A stretch of 64,000 nucleotides of DNA from Heterodontus francisci. Lineage: Eukaryota. The stretch covers positions 19,677,846 through 19,741,845 of the forward strand of contig NC_090414.1 of assembly GCF_036365525.1 (NCBI RefSeq), in the 5' to 3' direction. The notes under the pieces were generated by a model. It searched no databases. It saw nothing but the letters and a program-made list of their open reading frames with translations, and was not told the DNA's origin. Of this stretch, positions 13,001 through 25,000 are shown in pieces; within the stretch, counting starts at the first letter, position 1; every line of letters begins with the position of its first letter. The translations under genes were made by a program, and so were the position numbers.

Positions 13001-16000
13001 CTCTCAAAACTAAAAATATGACTCTTAAACCATGGCCGGCAAAGCATCAGTTTTCTGTGTACATCAGGGATTGTGTCCTTGTGAGGGGCGGGGAAGGGGT
13101 TGAGTTCAAGTCTCGGGGACCGAACCACCTGTTCGAAAAGGAGCAAAATTTAACTGGAAACTGGCTTGAGATTTCTATGTCGGAGCAAACAAATTAGAAT
13201 TGGGAACTGCTTGTTTTGAAAGTAGTCCCATTTCAAATGACTTGCACTGTCTGCCTTTTAGTTAATGGGACCGGCTAGTTCTTGAGGGAATGTGCAGATC
13301 TGGTACTTCTCCCAGAGCTGATGGGCCATGTTGTAGAGACGAATAATCCAGGATAAAGCTCTGAGTGATATATTAGGACCTGTGGTCTGAGGATAAAGCT
13401 CTGAGTGATATATTAGGACCCAGGGTCTGAGGATAAAGCTCTGAGTGATATATTAGGACCCAGGGTCTGAGGATAAAGCTCTGAGTGATATATTAGGACC
13501 CAGGGTCTGAGGATAAAGCTCTGAGTGATATATTAGGACCCAGGGTCTGAGGATAAAGCTCTGAGTGATATATTAGGACCTGTGGTCTGAGGATAAAGCT
13601 CTGAGTGATATATTAGGACCCAGGGTCTGAGGATAAAGCTCTGAGTGATATATTAGGACCCAGGGTCTGAGGATAAAGCTCTGAGTGATATATTAGGACC
13701 CAGGGTCTGAGGATAAAGCTCTGAGTGATATATTAGGACCCAGGGTCTGAGGATAAAGCTCTGAGTGATAGATTAGGACCAGGGTCTGAGGATAAAGCTC
13801 TGAGTGATATATTAGGACCCAGGGTCTGAGGATAAAGCTCTGAGTGGTATATTAGGACCTGTGGTCTGAGGATAAAGCTCTGAGTGATATATTAGGACTG
13901 TGGTCTGAGGATAAAGCTCTGAGTGATATATTAGGACCCAGGGTCTGAGGATAAAGCTCTGAGTGATATATTAGGACCCAGGGTCTGAGGATAAAGCTCT
14001 GAGTGATATATTAGGACCTGTGGTCTGAGGATAAAGCTCTGAGTGGTATATTAGGACCCAGGGTCTGAGGATAAAGCTCTGAGTGGTATATTAGGACCCA
14101 GGGTCTGAGGATAAAGCTCTGAGTGATATATTAGGACCCAGGGTCTGAGGATAAAGCTCTGAGTGATATATTAGGACCCAGGGTCTGAGGATAAAGCTCT
14201 GAGTGGTATATTAGGACCCAGGGTCTGAGGATAAGGCTCTGAGTGATATATTAGGACCTGTGGTCTGAGTATAAAGCTCTGAGTGATATATTAGGACCCA
14301 GGGTCTGAGGATAAAGCTCTGAGTGATATATTAGGACCTGTGGTCTGAGGATAAAGCTCTGAGTGGTATATTAGGACCTGTGGTCTGAGGATAAAGCTCT
14401 GAGTGGTATATTAGGACCCAGGGTCTGAGGATAAAGCTCTGAGTGGTATATTAGGACCCAGGGTCTGAGGATAAAGCTCTGAGTGATATATTAGGACCTG
14501 TGGTCTGAGGATAAAGCTCTGAGTGGTATATTAGGACCCAGGGTCTGAGGATAAAGCTCTGAGTGATATATTAGGACCCAGGGTCTGAGGATAAAGCTCT
14601 GAGTGATATATTAGGACCCAGGGTCTGAGGATAAAGCTCTGAGTGGTATATTAGGACCCAGGGTCTGAGGATAAGGCTCTGAGTGATATATTAGGACCTG
14701 TGGTCTGAGTATAAAGCTCTGAGTGATATATTAGGACCCAGGGTCTGAGGATAAAGCTCTGAGTGATATATTAGGACCTGTGGTCTGAGGATAAAGCTCT
14801 GAGTGGTATATTAGGACCTGTGGTCTGAGGATAAAGCTCTGAGTGGTATATTAGGACCCAGGGTCTGAGGATAAAGCTCTGAGTGATATATTAGGACCCA
14901 GGGTCTGAGGATAAAGCTCTGAGTGATATATTAGGACCCAGGGTCTGAGGATAAGGCTCTGAGTGATATATTGGGACCTGTGGTCTGAGGATAAAGCTTT
15001 GAGTGGTATATTAGGACCCAAGTTCTGAGGATAAGGCTCTGAGTGATATATTAGGACCCAGGGTCTGAGGATAAGGCTCTGAGTGATATATTAGGACCCA
15101 GGGTCTGAGGATAAAGTCTGAGTGATATATTAGGACCAGGGTCTGAGGATAAGGCTCTGAGTGATATATTAGGACCCAGGGTCTGAGGATAAAGCTCTGA
15201 GTGATATATTAGGACCTGTGGTCTGAGGATAAAGCTCTGAGTGATATATTAGGACCAGGGTCTGAGGATAAAGCTCTGAGTGATATATTAGGACCAGGGT
15301 CTGAGGATAAAGCTCTGTGTGATAGATTAGCACACAGTTGGAAGGTGTCATTGACAGTGCTATTGAGTGTTACTTAGACAGCAAGAACCTGTTCATCGAT
15401 GCTCAGTTTGGGTGCTGCTCGGGGGCCACTCAGTTCCAGACCTCATTACAGCCTTGGTCCAAACACAGATTTTTTTTTTAAATGCTGAATTCCAGAGGTG
15501 AGTTGGGAGTGACCACCCTTAACACCAAGGCAGAATTTGACTGAGTGTCACTGGGTCAGAATGGTGGAACTCTCTCCCTAACAGCATCAAGAAGGCAGCT
15601 CACCACCACCATCGAAGGTCAGTTTGGGATTGGCAATAAATGCTGGCTTTTCCAGTGACACCCACGTCCCAAGAACAAATTAAAAAAAAAGCACACCCCA
15701 GACTATTTCTGTCCTTCCCTGTCACTGTTGACCGTTCTCCCTATTGCTTTCAGTGCTCCCCACTCATCACAGCAAACAAGACAAAAGAACAGCACAGGAA
15801 CAGGCCATTCGGCCCTCCAAGCCTGCGCCAATCTTGATGCTAACACCTTCTGCACTTCCAGGGCCCATATCCCTCTATTCCCTTCCTATTCATGTATTTG
15901 TCAAGATGTCTGTTAAACGTCGCTATCGTATCTGCTTCCACCACCTCCCCCGACAGCAAGTTCCAGGCATTCACCACCATCAGCAGTTTCAATGTCTGCC

Positions 16001-19000
16001 AGTAATGCTTCTTTCCCTCCATCTCCACTGGATTACTATTCTGTCCTGGTCTGCTGTGCACTTAATTTATGTTTCCTTTAATTTTTCTCCCAAAATCGTG
16101 GACTTGACAAATTGGAGGAGGGCAAATCTCGAATTGGTTGATGTAAAGCCTGAGTCAGTGAGGGAGCAGCCCTTTCCACCCATGACCCTTTTCCAATCTG
16201 CCAGGCTCACAAAAAGCTGGTGTGACTGGAAGAGATGTGAGGGGGTTGGGGGGGGATGCGGTGGGTGCTCACCACCCCTGTGCTCCTGGGAGGGAGTCAA
16301 GTTGATAGGTTGTTTAGTTTGGTTAGGGGGTGTGACAGTCTGGTGGTAACTCCTCGACCCCGAGTGTCCTTGGAAGAGAGCTCACTGGGCGTGCAGTGAA
16401 ACTTTTCTGTCGTTTAAGTAAGTGGGCACAGGAATTAAAGCGTGGCATTGCAGAGTCTGACCTGACCGAAGGGATGTGATGCCCTAACATTGGGATTGGA
16501 CTGTCATGGTGCATCAGTTTGAAACTGCTCAGTCCCTGAATACAATGGGGCTTTCAGTTAGTATGTGGCAATGTGGAGAGGTTGTCCCTTTGAAGGAACT
16601 ATGTTTGTGCTGTCCAGGGACTGAAACGTACTCGGAGTTGGGCTCCATGAGCCATGCGTACTGGGCAGATCTGAGAATTGACTCCTCTCTCCTCTGAGTC
16701 AGTTGATTTTAGTTGGGCTGATGATGATGTTACAGCTGCTTTCAGTGCCCCTCTGGATTAAGATGGGGTGGGGAAGTCCTACAGTGTTCCTAGGCCTGAG
16801 TGGTATCAGGAAACTCCTGTTGGGGGGCGGTGGGGTTGTGCGTGTGAGTGAGTGAGTGTTAGTGGGTTACATGAGGTTACATGAGGCTGTGTAGTGATGC
16901 TTCCCAAGGTGAGTAACCTGACGCTCGCAGCACTCGTACGAGCAGCAGGGCCACTGGGCAGTCAGTATCTGTGGGAGTGTAGCCTGGCGGAGAGTTTGCC
17001 CTGTGGGCTGGCAGTGAAATACTTTGGAATGAATGTATTCCCTGCGCTGTTTCGATCAATAGGAGAGTTTTGTGGCAGTTTGATTAAAGTGCACAATATC
17101 GTGTTCATCAAAATCTTCACTTGCAGAAGCTGCTCATTGTGCTGAAAATCTGATGCTCACAATTCCAAGGCATACTTATGCCCGAATCTTGAGAGCCAGC
17201 CACTTGTTCAGAGTCTGTATGCTCTCTTGGTCGATGAAATGCTTCGTTGTCTGTTAGCAGTACCCCGTGCCCTGCGGCGTTCTGTGAACGCTGATACAAA
17301 GCTGGCTCAGTAATTTCCCTGAAAGCAGATGGACAGTCGAAGGGGGAGAATGCTGATGTGACCCGGGAGTTCAGCAAAGTGTACCAGTGCTTTATGTGTA
17401 CATCTCTGAGCTGTCCTTTTATACTTGGCTTGTGTTTTGTGCTTAACCGTGTCAGCCTTGGCTCAGTTGGTAATGCTCTCGTCTCTGAGTCACACAATTC
17501 CAGATTCAGGTCCCACTCGGGGAATTGAGCACTAAAATCCAGGCTGACACTCCAGTGCGGTATTCGGTCCGCCTGCCCCAGGTGGGCATTTAAAAAAACA
17601 AAAAAACAAAATCCCTTGGCACTATTTCGAAGAAGAACGGGGGAGTTATCCCCGGTGTCCTGGCCAATATTTTATCCCTCAGACAACATCACAAAAACAG
17701 ACTTGTGTTGCTGTTTGTGGGAGCTTGCTGTGCGCAAATTGGCCGAGCATTTCTGACATTGCAACAGCGACTGCACTTCAGAAAGTACTTCATTGATTGT
17801 AAAGCGCTTTGGGGCATTTTGAGGTCCTGAAAAGCCCTATAGAAATGCAAGTACTGCTAGTTACATCCCTGTCACTAAAGGCCATGTTTTTGAGGTGATG
17901 AATTAAGGGAATTGGCCAGTCCGATACAGTACATTCGAGAAAACAATCTTCTGCTAGTAATTGGTAACAAAAAGATTGAGCTTCCCTGATGCTGCAGGCA
18001 GCCTAAACTGCAAAAGCTCGACTTCCAATTGTTAAATAAACAGGACCTTCTGCCGTTTCAAACTTGTAACGATTTTTCCAGGGCTTCTTTGGAGATTGGA
18101 ATGTGTTTCAGTTTCTGACTCCCTCGCAGCATTTTCATAACTGGCTGTTGATTGTTTTTTTTTTCATCCGTAACAAAGTTTGACAAAGCAATGCAAGTCT
18201 GCCTATGTAGTTGTGCTATTTTTAATGTGTTGTTTAATTTAGTTTAATGTCATTCAAAACTCTGCTGCCCGTGTCCTAACTCTCTCCAAGTCCCGTTCAC
18301 CGATCTCCTCTTTGCTCGCTGACCCACGTTGGCTCCCATTTAAGCAATGCCACGTTTTTTTTTGTTAAAAGAAAATTCGTCTTTGTTTTCACGTGCCCTC
18401 GTCCCTCCCTATCTCTGTGATCTCCTCCAGTTTAACAGTCCACACTCGAGACCTGTGCACTCCGCTAATTCTGGCATTTTGAGCATTGCAGATTTTAATC
18501 GTTCTACCATTGGCAGCCGTACCTTCTGCTACCTGGGCCCTAAGCTCCTGAATTCTCTTCCTAACCCTCTCTACCGCTCTCTCCTTTAAAACGCTCCTTA
18601 AAACCTCCCTTTTTGATCAAGCTTTTGGCCATCTGTTTTAATATCTCCTTATATGGCTTGGTGTCAGATGTTCGATAAGGCTTAGAAAGCCCCTTAGGCT
18701 GTTTAATTATGTTGAAGGAGCTTTATAGATGCAAGTTATTGTTGGCGTATCTACATCATTTTCCCCTGGTAGATGTTAGGCGTATACACTGAATGGAATA
18801 TCCTCCCATATTTCCCTTCCAAATACAGCCTGTCCTCATTGTCAGCGGAGACAAGCTCTCCTATTGTTTCTCACCAGTATAAACTGTGGTAGTTCCAGGT
18901 GTTTGTGAGTTACCTGTTCTGCCTCTTTCTTTTGTTCGCAGGTGGTGACCAGAAGTTATTCAACAAAGAAAGTCTGGATGGGAGCAATCAGTGCATGGTG

Positions 19001-22000
19001 CAGACTGTGTCCGCAGACTCGCTTGGCTTACATGGTGATCAGAACGTAGTAGAGGAGGCCTCTGCCGACTGTTCGAGCCCGTGTGATGGGGACACTGGAG
19101 AGGAATCAACAGCAGACACTCCGGGCCCAAGTGATGGGGACAGTGGTGAGGACTCGGCAGCTGATTCCACGGGCCCAAATGATGACACCGGAGAGGAGTC
19201 AGCAGTTGATTCCACTGGCCCAAGTGACGGAGACACTGGAGAGGAGTCAGCAGCAGATTCCACTGGCGCAAATGATGGGGCCACTGGTGAGGAGTCTGCA
19301 GCGGATTCTACAGGGCCAAACAATGAGGACACTGGAGAGGAATCCGCAGCAGATTCCACCGGCCCAAGTGATGGAGACACTGGAGAGGAGTCAGCAGCTG
19401 ATAGCCCTGACTCATGTGATAAGGACACTTTATTGGACACAGCAGCTGATTCCACTGGCCCAAGTGACGGAGACATTAGAGAGGAAACGGCTGCTGGTAG
19501 CCCTGGTCCGTGTGACGGAGACACTGTATGGGAGGCGCCGGCTGGTAGCCCTGGTCCGTGTGACGGAGACACTGTAGAGGAGCAGCCTTCTGGTAGCCCT
19601 GGTCCATGTGACGGAGACACTGTAGAGGAGCCGCCTTCTGGTAGCCCTGGTCCATGTGACGGAGACACTGTAGAGGAGCCGCCTTCTGGTAGCCCTGGTC
19701 CATGTGACGGAGACACTGTAGAGGAGCCGCCTTCTGGTAGCCCTGGTCCATGTGACGGAGACACTGTAGAGGAGCCGCCTTCTGGTAGCCCTGGTCCGTG
19801 TGACGGAGACACTGTAGAGGAGCCGCCTTCTGGTAGCCCTGGTCCGTGTGACGGAGACACTGTAGAGGAGCCGCCTTCTGGTAGCCCTGGTCCGTGTGAC
19901 GGAGACACTGTAGAGGAGCCGCCTTCTGGTAGCCCTGGTCCGTGTGACGGAGACACTGTAGAGGAGCCGCCTTCTGGTAGCCCTGGCCCATGTGATGAGG
20001 ACACTGTAGAGGAGATGGCTGTTGATAGTCCGAGCCTGTGTGACGGAAACAATGTAGAGAAATCAGCTGCTGCTAGTCCAAGTCCATCCTGTGTTCAGAG
20101 CACAGCAGAAGAACCGGCTAAAAGTCCTAACCTGCCTTGTGAGCAGGGCACTGTGGCAGAGATGGAAATTGATGGGCCGAACGCGGACAAAGATTCGATA
20201 GAAGAATCAGCTACTGAGTCCCCTAACCTGGGTGCTGGTCAGGATACAGTAGAAGAACTGGCTGCCAATTCTTCAAGCCTGCCATTGTCCAGTGGTGTGA
20301 CGGTACAGGGGGCAGTGACACAATTCCCAGAAAGCTCCAATGGGTCAGAGCAAACGGTAGACAAAGCATTGGCCAACTCTGATGGTGCAGACTACGCTGC
20401 AACAGAGGGCACCACTGCCAGTCTAGATGAGTATGGGCAGGGCAGCAGTGAGTACGGGGTCATAGACTCCGAGGACAGTATCCCGCCGTATCCAGTGGAC
20501 TTCGAGAAATACTGGAAGATTGTGGAGGATAATCCGTACGATTTCACGGGATGGACTTATGTGCTGCAGTACGTGGAGCAAGAGGTGAGGCTCCAAGTAA
20601 CTGGGGCATCAGCTGTGCTGATGCGCCTCCTATATCCCTGTTTCCACCCAGCCTGTTTCTCTGCCCCCTGATCCTAGTGCGTCCCTGTCTACTTGGTCTC
20701 TGTAACCCAGTGTGCGTCTGCATTTCTGGCTGTTTACAGATGTCACTGTGGTAGTAAGATAGACTAGGGCCTCCTCCGTGGCTTTCCCCCCCCTGTCCCT
20801 AGTGTGGGATGCCAAGGCCAAATAATGCTCCCCTGCAGCTGTTTCAACAACACTCCTACAGTGTAACACCTTCTGTGCAGTCAAGTGTTCCAAAGCAAAA
20901 GGGTGACACCAGAGTAACTGGACACTGAGCAGGGACGGGAGAAGGTGCTCGGCTTTTGACTGAAGTCAAGTTCGAAGTTTCGAGGAAGCTTTCGAAGGAA
21001 GACGTTTAGGGAGAGCCTTTCAGAAGCTGAGGCCACTGGAAGTCAGGCGGAGGGAGGGGGCTGAGGGGTAGTGGTGGGCAGTTTCAAAGAGCTCCAGGGT
21101 TGGAATGATTTTGACTGTTGGAGCACAGAGTTGCAGAGAGGAGGCCAGCAAGGGGACCGGTAGAGAAGGATTTTGAAATTGATGTGTTGTGGGAAGATGG
21201 GGGGGCCACTGAAGGCTTGTGAGGGTGGGGAATGGGCCTTCCTGTGTTTTGAAGGTTATTAAAGACAGAAATGGGGAGGTCAGCGAGGAGAGCAATGGGG
21301 TAATTAGACTCTGAATGTGACAGCGGCAGCGTAAACATTATTGGGGGGGACATAGGGATCGAGGCGGCTGATGATGTGGAGGTGGAAATTCGTCTTGGGC
21401 TGGATGTGGGATTGGCTCTGAATGAGGTCGGGCTCAGATTGACTGAGCAGCCAGGGCGAGGGAAGGTACTGTGCATTAAGGTGTGAAGTTTTGGGCAGAG
21501 GGCAAGCAGGATGAGGAGGAGGGAAGCTCAGCGAGGTTACGGTTTGATCAAGTGCAGTGCTGGTGATGTGGTGGGTCAGCGGAGGCCCTATGGCTTGGGG
21601 TAGGGGTGTGTGTAGTGGATGAAAAGATAATGCCATGGGGTGGGATAGCAGGGGGGCATGCAGCTGAATGGTTGGGTAGAGTTATGGGAAACATGCATTT
21701 GAGGGGGGGAAATTCTCTGGACATCTAGCCTGATTTGGGGGGAGGGGTGCGGAATAGATCCCTGAGCTGCATTTTTAGTGAGCTGGGAGGCTCCTTTTGT
21801 GGTGCACTTCCAGCTGGGTGAGAGGGTGGAACACAACACCGCAGAATAACATGTATTAGCACTCAGTAGGTCTTGGGTTCAAGCCCATCTCCAGAGACTT
21901 GAGCGCAAGATCCAGGCCGGCATTCCCAGTGCCAGTGCTGAGGGAGTGCTGCACTGTCGGAGGTGCTGTCTTTCAGATGAGGTGTTAAACTGAGGCCCCC

Positions 22001-25000
22001 TCAGGTAGGTGTGAAAGATCCCGTTTTAAGGAGGTGTAAGGGAGTTCTCCACACGTATCCTGGCCAGTGTTTTTCCCTCAACCAGTATCACTAACTGCGA
22101 ACTCTGTTCCCCTTATGTCAGTGGCACAGTACTGTGGTGCAGCCAGAGCCCACCCACCCTGCTTTTCCATCTCTCTGTGACAGTCTGGCTCACAGGAAAC
22201 TAGCAACACGTTAGGGTACTGCAACCTATCGTTTCCCTGCTCACTGAGCCGTCCCTGCTGGGGCTGAGGCACTAGGCAGCAACGGTGCTGTTTTGCAGTT
22301 CCGCTCCAATGGGCCCCCTGCGGCTGCCGTGTGAAGCTTGGCTCACCCTCCTTCCCTTCCCTTCAGCGAGAAAAGGAGAGGTTGCAGCACAAAATCCCAC
22401 CCTAGTCAGACGGGTCAGGCTGAGAGTGGTATCCCAGGCAGCCCAGATCAGCAAGACTGGCAGTGCCAGATGGGGGGGGAGGGAGGGTCTGACCCTTTGC
22501 CCGTTAGGTGAGTACTACTGGTCTGGCATAGGGAAGTGTTTCTCTGGGTGCATTATGGGGACTGAGCTGCGCCGGTCTGATAAATCTTATCTCCTTTCAG
22601 AATCACATCTGGGCTGTCCGGAAAGCGTTTGATGCGTTCTTTGCCCGCTACCCTTACTGTTATGGTTACTGGAAGAAATACGCTGACATAGAAAAGCGCT
22701 TGGGGTTTACCAAAGAGGCCGAGGAGGTGAGGCAGCGAAGCTGGGAGCTTTGGGCTTCAGTTTCCTTTTGAATTGTTTAAGCTGACTTACTGATGTTGCT
22801 GGTATTTGATCGGGGGGTGGGCGTGATCTGGCTGATAAGTTCCCTCGAATTTTCTTAACCGTTATAATACAGCACAGTCGGCGGGCTCGTTTTGACTGTT
22901 GGCGTCAGCTTGTGAGAGGAGAGTTGTTCTTGCACCAGTGCACTTCGCGTGATATGCTCGTGTTTTATTTTTCTGCTTGTCAACATAGAGATACAGTAGC
23001 CTCGAAGTTGACAGTGTCGAGGAAGGCTGTTTGGCCCGTTGTGTGTGGGTGGGTGCGTGCGCGTGCTGGCCCTTTGTTTTCCCTCCTCTCTCTCCCCAGA
23101 ACCCTGTATCTGCTGTGTCCAAATATTTTTCTGCTCTTTGCGATCTCTCTGCTCCTCTAATTCTGGCCCCTCAAACAACCCCAATTTTAATGCTGCACCG
23201 TTGGTGCCTGCACCTTCAGTTGCCTAGACCCCAAGTCCTGGAATACCCTCCCTAAAGCTCTCCATCTCGCTTTCCTCCTTTAAGACGCTCCTTTTGGTCA
23301 TCTAATCGAATATCTCCTTATGTGGCTTGGTGTCATGTTTTATAGTGCCCCTGTGAAGTCCATTTTATCATAAATCTAAGTTATTGTTAAAGGGATGCGG
23401 CAGTTTCAGCCTCAACAATTCCCTGTGACAAAGCATTTCAAGCTCCAGTCAGACCTTTTAAATTGATGACTGCTTAGTACTGACTCCCCAAGATAAGGGC
23501 TGTCAGTGCAGGGAAATGGAGCTCTTTTTCATTGGTACTGACTGCCCCATCAAATACTCCCAGGGCAGGTACAGCATGGGGTTAGATACAGAGTAAAGCT
23601 CCCTCTACACTGTCCCCATCAAACACTCCCAGGACAGGTACAGCACGGGGTTAGATACAGAGTAAAGCTCCCTCTACACTGTCCCCATCAAACACTCCCA
23701 GGGCAGGTATAACACGGGGTTAGATACAGAGTAAAGCTCCCTCTACACTGTCCCCATCAAACACTCCCAGGACAGGTACAGCACGGGGTTAGATACAGAG
23801 TAAAGCTCCCTCTACACTGTCCCCATCAAACACTCCCAGGGCAGGTATAACACTGGATTAGATACCTGGTGCCTAAGATCCCAAGTCTCAGAAGCATCAC
23901 GTTTCTCCCATTTGCTACTGACATGTTCTAACACCTACAGTGTGCTGTTTTTCTGCTGCAGGTTTACCAGCGAGGGCTCCAGTCCATCCCACTCAGTGTC
24001 GATCTGTGGGTTCATTACATCACTTTCCTGCAGGAGATCCTTGAAACCACCAACCCTGAAACTCCCGTTAAACTCCGGAGGTGAGCCTGAAATATCTGGC
24101 GTTGGAATGGCCGGGGAAGGGGGCGCTCATGTCCAGTGTGCAAACCTAAGTTGCTGTTGGTTTTCTAACCAAGGCTGAGGCTGTTTAGTGTCCTTTTTAA
24201 ACTGTAGCTTTCAAAAGGGAATTGAGTAATTACCTGAAGATAGAGATTTGCAGGACTGCAGGGAAAAGGCAGGGGATTGGAACTGAGTGAGTAGCTCTTA
24301 CAGAGAGCTGGCACAGACATGATGGGCCAAATGGCTGCCTCCTGTACTGTAGCCATTCTATGATCCCAACCTACTCACAATATCCCTCTCCCCAGAAATG
24401 CATCTGATTGTCCCTTTAACCGCAATTATACTGTCTGTTTCACTGTCTCCCCTTATATCCCATTCATAGAAACATAGAAAATAGGAGCAGGAGTAGGCCA
24501 TTCGGCCCTTCGAGCCTGCTCCGCCATTCATTATGATCATGGCTGATCATCCAACTCAGTAACCTGTTCCCGCTTTCGCCCCATATCCTTTCGCCCCAAG
24601 AGCTATATCTCACTCCTTCTTGAAAACATACAATGTTTTGGCCTCACCTGCTTTCTGTGGTAGCGAATTCCACAGGCTCACCACTCTCTGGATGAAGACA
24701 TTTCTCTTCATCTCAGTCCTGAAAGGTTTACTCCGTATCCTTAGACTATGACCCCTGGTTCTGGACTCCCCCACCATCGGGAACATCCTTCCTGCATCTA
24801 CCCTGTCAAGTCCTGTTTAAAATTTTATAGGTTTCTATGAGATCCCCCCTCACTCTTCTGAATTCCAGCGAATATAATCCTAACCGACTCAATCTCTCCT
24901 CATACGTCAGTCCCACCATCCCAGGAATCAGTCTGGACTCCCACTATAGCAAGAAGATCCTTCCTCAAAGAAGGAGACCAAAAGTGCACACAATATTCCA

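Noticed and set aside
13348-15330. CRISPR-like or snoRNA-array reading of the 40-bp repeat
   Set aside because: Units are contiguous with no unique spacers, the DNA is eukaryotic, and the CTGA/GTGAT motifs lack a real C box and terminal stems.
19039-20052. 337-aa antisense ORF
   Set aside because: Shadow frame of the coding minisatellite; the + frame continues into PRPF39 HAT sequence.
22730-22805. SNORD127-like intronic snoRNA (human PRPF39 hosts SNORD127); CTGATGTTGC seen here
   Set aside because: No RTGATGA C box upstream. Other C-box hits (16721, 37890) lack terminal stems or suitable spacing. An Infernal/Rfam scan would be needed to exclude a snoRNA fully.
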